Source: Octopus sinensis (lineage: Eukaryota). Taken from it: 64,000 bases of DNA. Location of the stretch: positions 21,328,001 to 21,392,000 of the forward strand of contig NC_043009.1 of NCBI RefSeq assembly GCF_006345805.1, read 5' to 3'. Positions within the stretch are counted from its first letter, which is position 1. Every line of letters starts with the position of its first letter. The notes beneath the pieces are model-generated. The model had not been told where the DNA came from. It saw only the letters and a program-made list of their open reading frames with translations, and searched no databases. Shown in pieces: positions 63,670-64,000 of the stretch. The position numbers were made by a program, and so were the translations under genes.

Positions 63670-64000
63670 GTTTATGGTGCTCCCGCACTCCCACCCCATC
63701 CACACATGCCGGAAGTTCCTATTCTTTGCCATCCCGGGGTTGCTTCCCATGAAGACTGCAAATACTCTTTCACCATTCCTACCCCTAGTCTCGACCTATG
63801 TAAGGTAATGTTCATACAGTGCAAAATATGAAAGGCTAGTGTTATGCAGGTTGTACTGAAGGCTACTGTATTACTTGCACATGAATTCTGCCAAATGCGA
63901 GCTTTCTTTTCAGGTACATGAAGCTACTGTCCACCGTCCCAGGGTATCTAGGGCCCATGCCTCCCACACCCTCAGGGTTGGCACCCTCAATGTTGGCACA
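63670..64000 (+). mobile_element. 5' end of another RTE LINE, cut by the window edge
   Basis: MNSAKCELSFQVHEATVHRPRVSRAHASHTLRVGTLNVG matches the N-terminus of ORF 62131. Confidence 0.85.

Overview
Eukaryotic, transposon-saturated DNA, not prokaryotic. The SINE/RTE families, (TATG)n/(CA)n/(TA)n microsatellite load and AT-richness point to a cephalopod (Octopus-like) genome; this is an inference. Almost all long ORFs are mobile elements: a Penelope-like element, Tc1/mariner remnants, three Gypsy-type LTR elements, several RTE LINEs, a CR1-type LINE, Helitrons and tRNA-derived SINEs. One host gene is recognisable only from small exons missing from the ORF track: a DCAF17-like gene on the + strand (best exon 36900-37036). 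The most notable observations are: (1) a hammerhead-ribozyme fold inside a 760-bp inverted-repeat element, plus a decayed hammerhead at the Penelope 3' end; (2) a Gypsy whose 5' LTR is followed by a copy of its own 3' flank, inserted in a foldback element carrying telomere-type repeats; (3) a non-coding LTR element with a tRNA-Trp PBS and TSD; (4) two inverted RTE copies sharing the same inactivating lesions, one with a 1.32-kb internal triplication; (5) a PHD finger inside the RTE reverse transcriptase. Boundaries of degenerate elements are approximate and no database search could be run.
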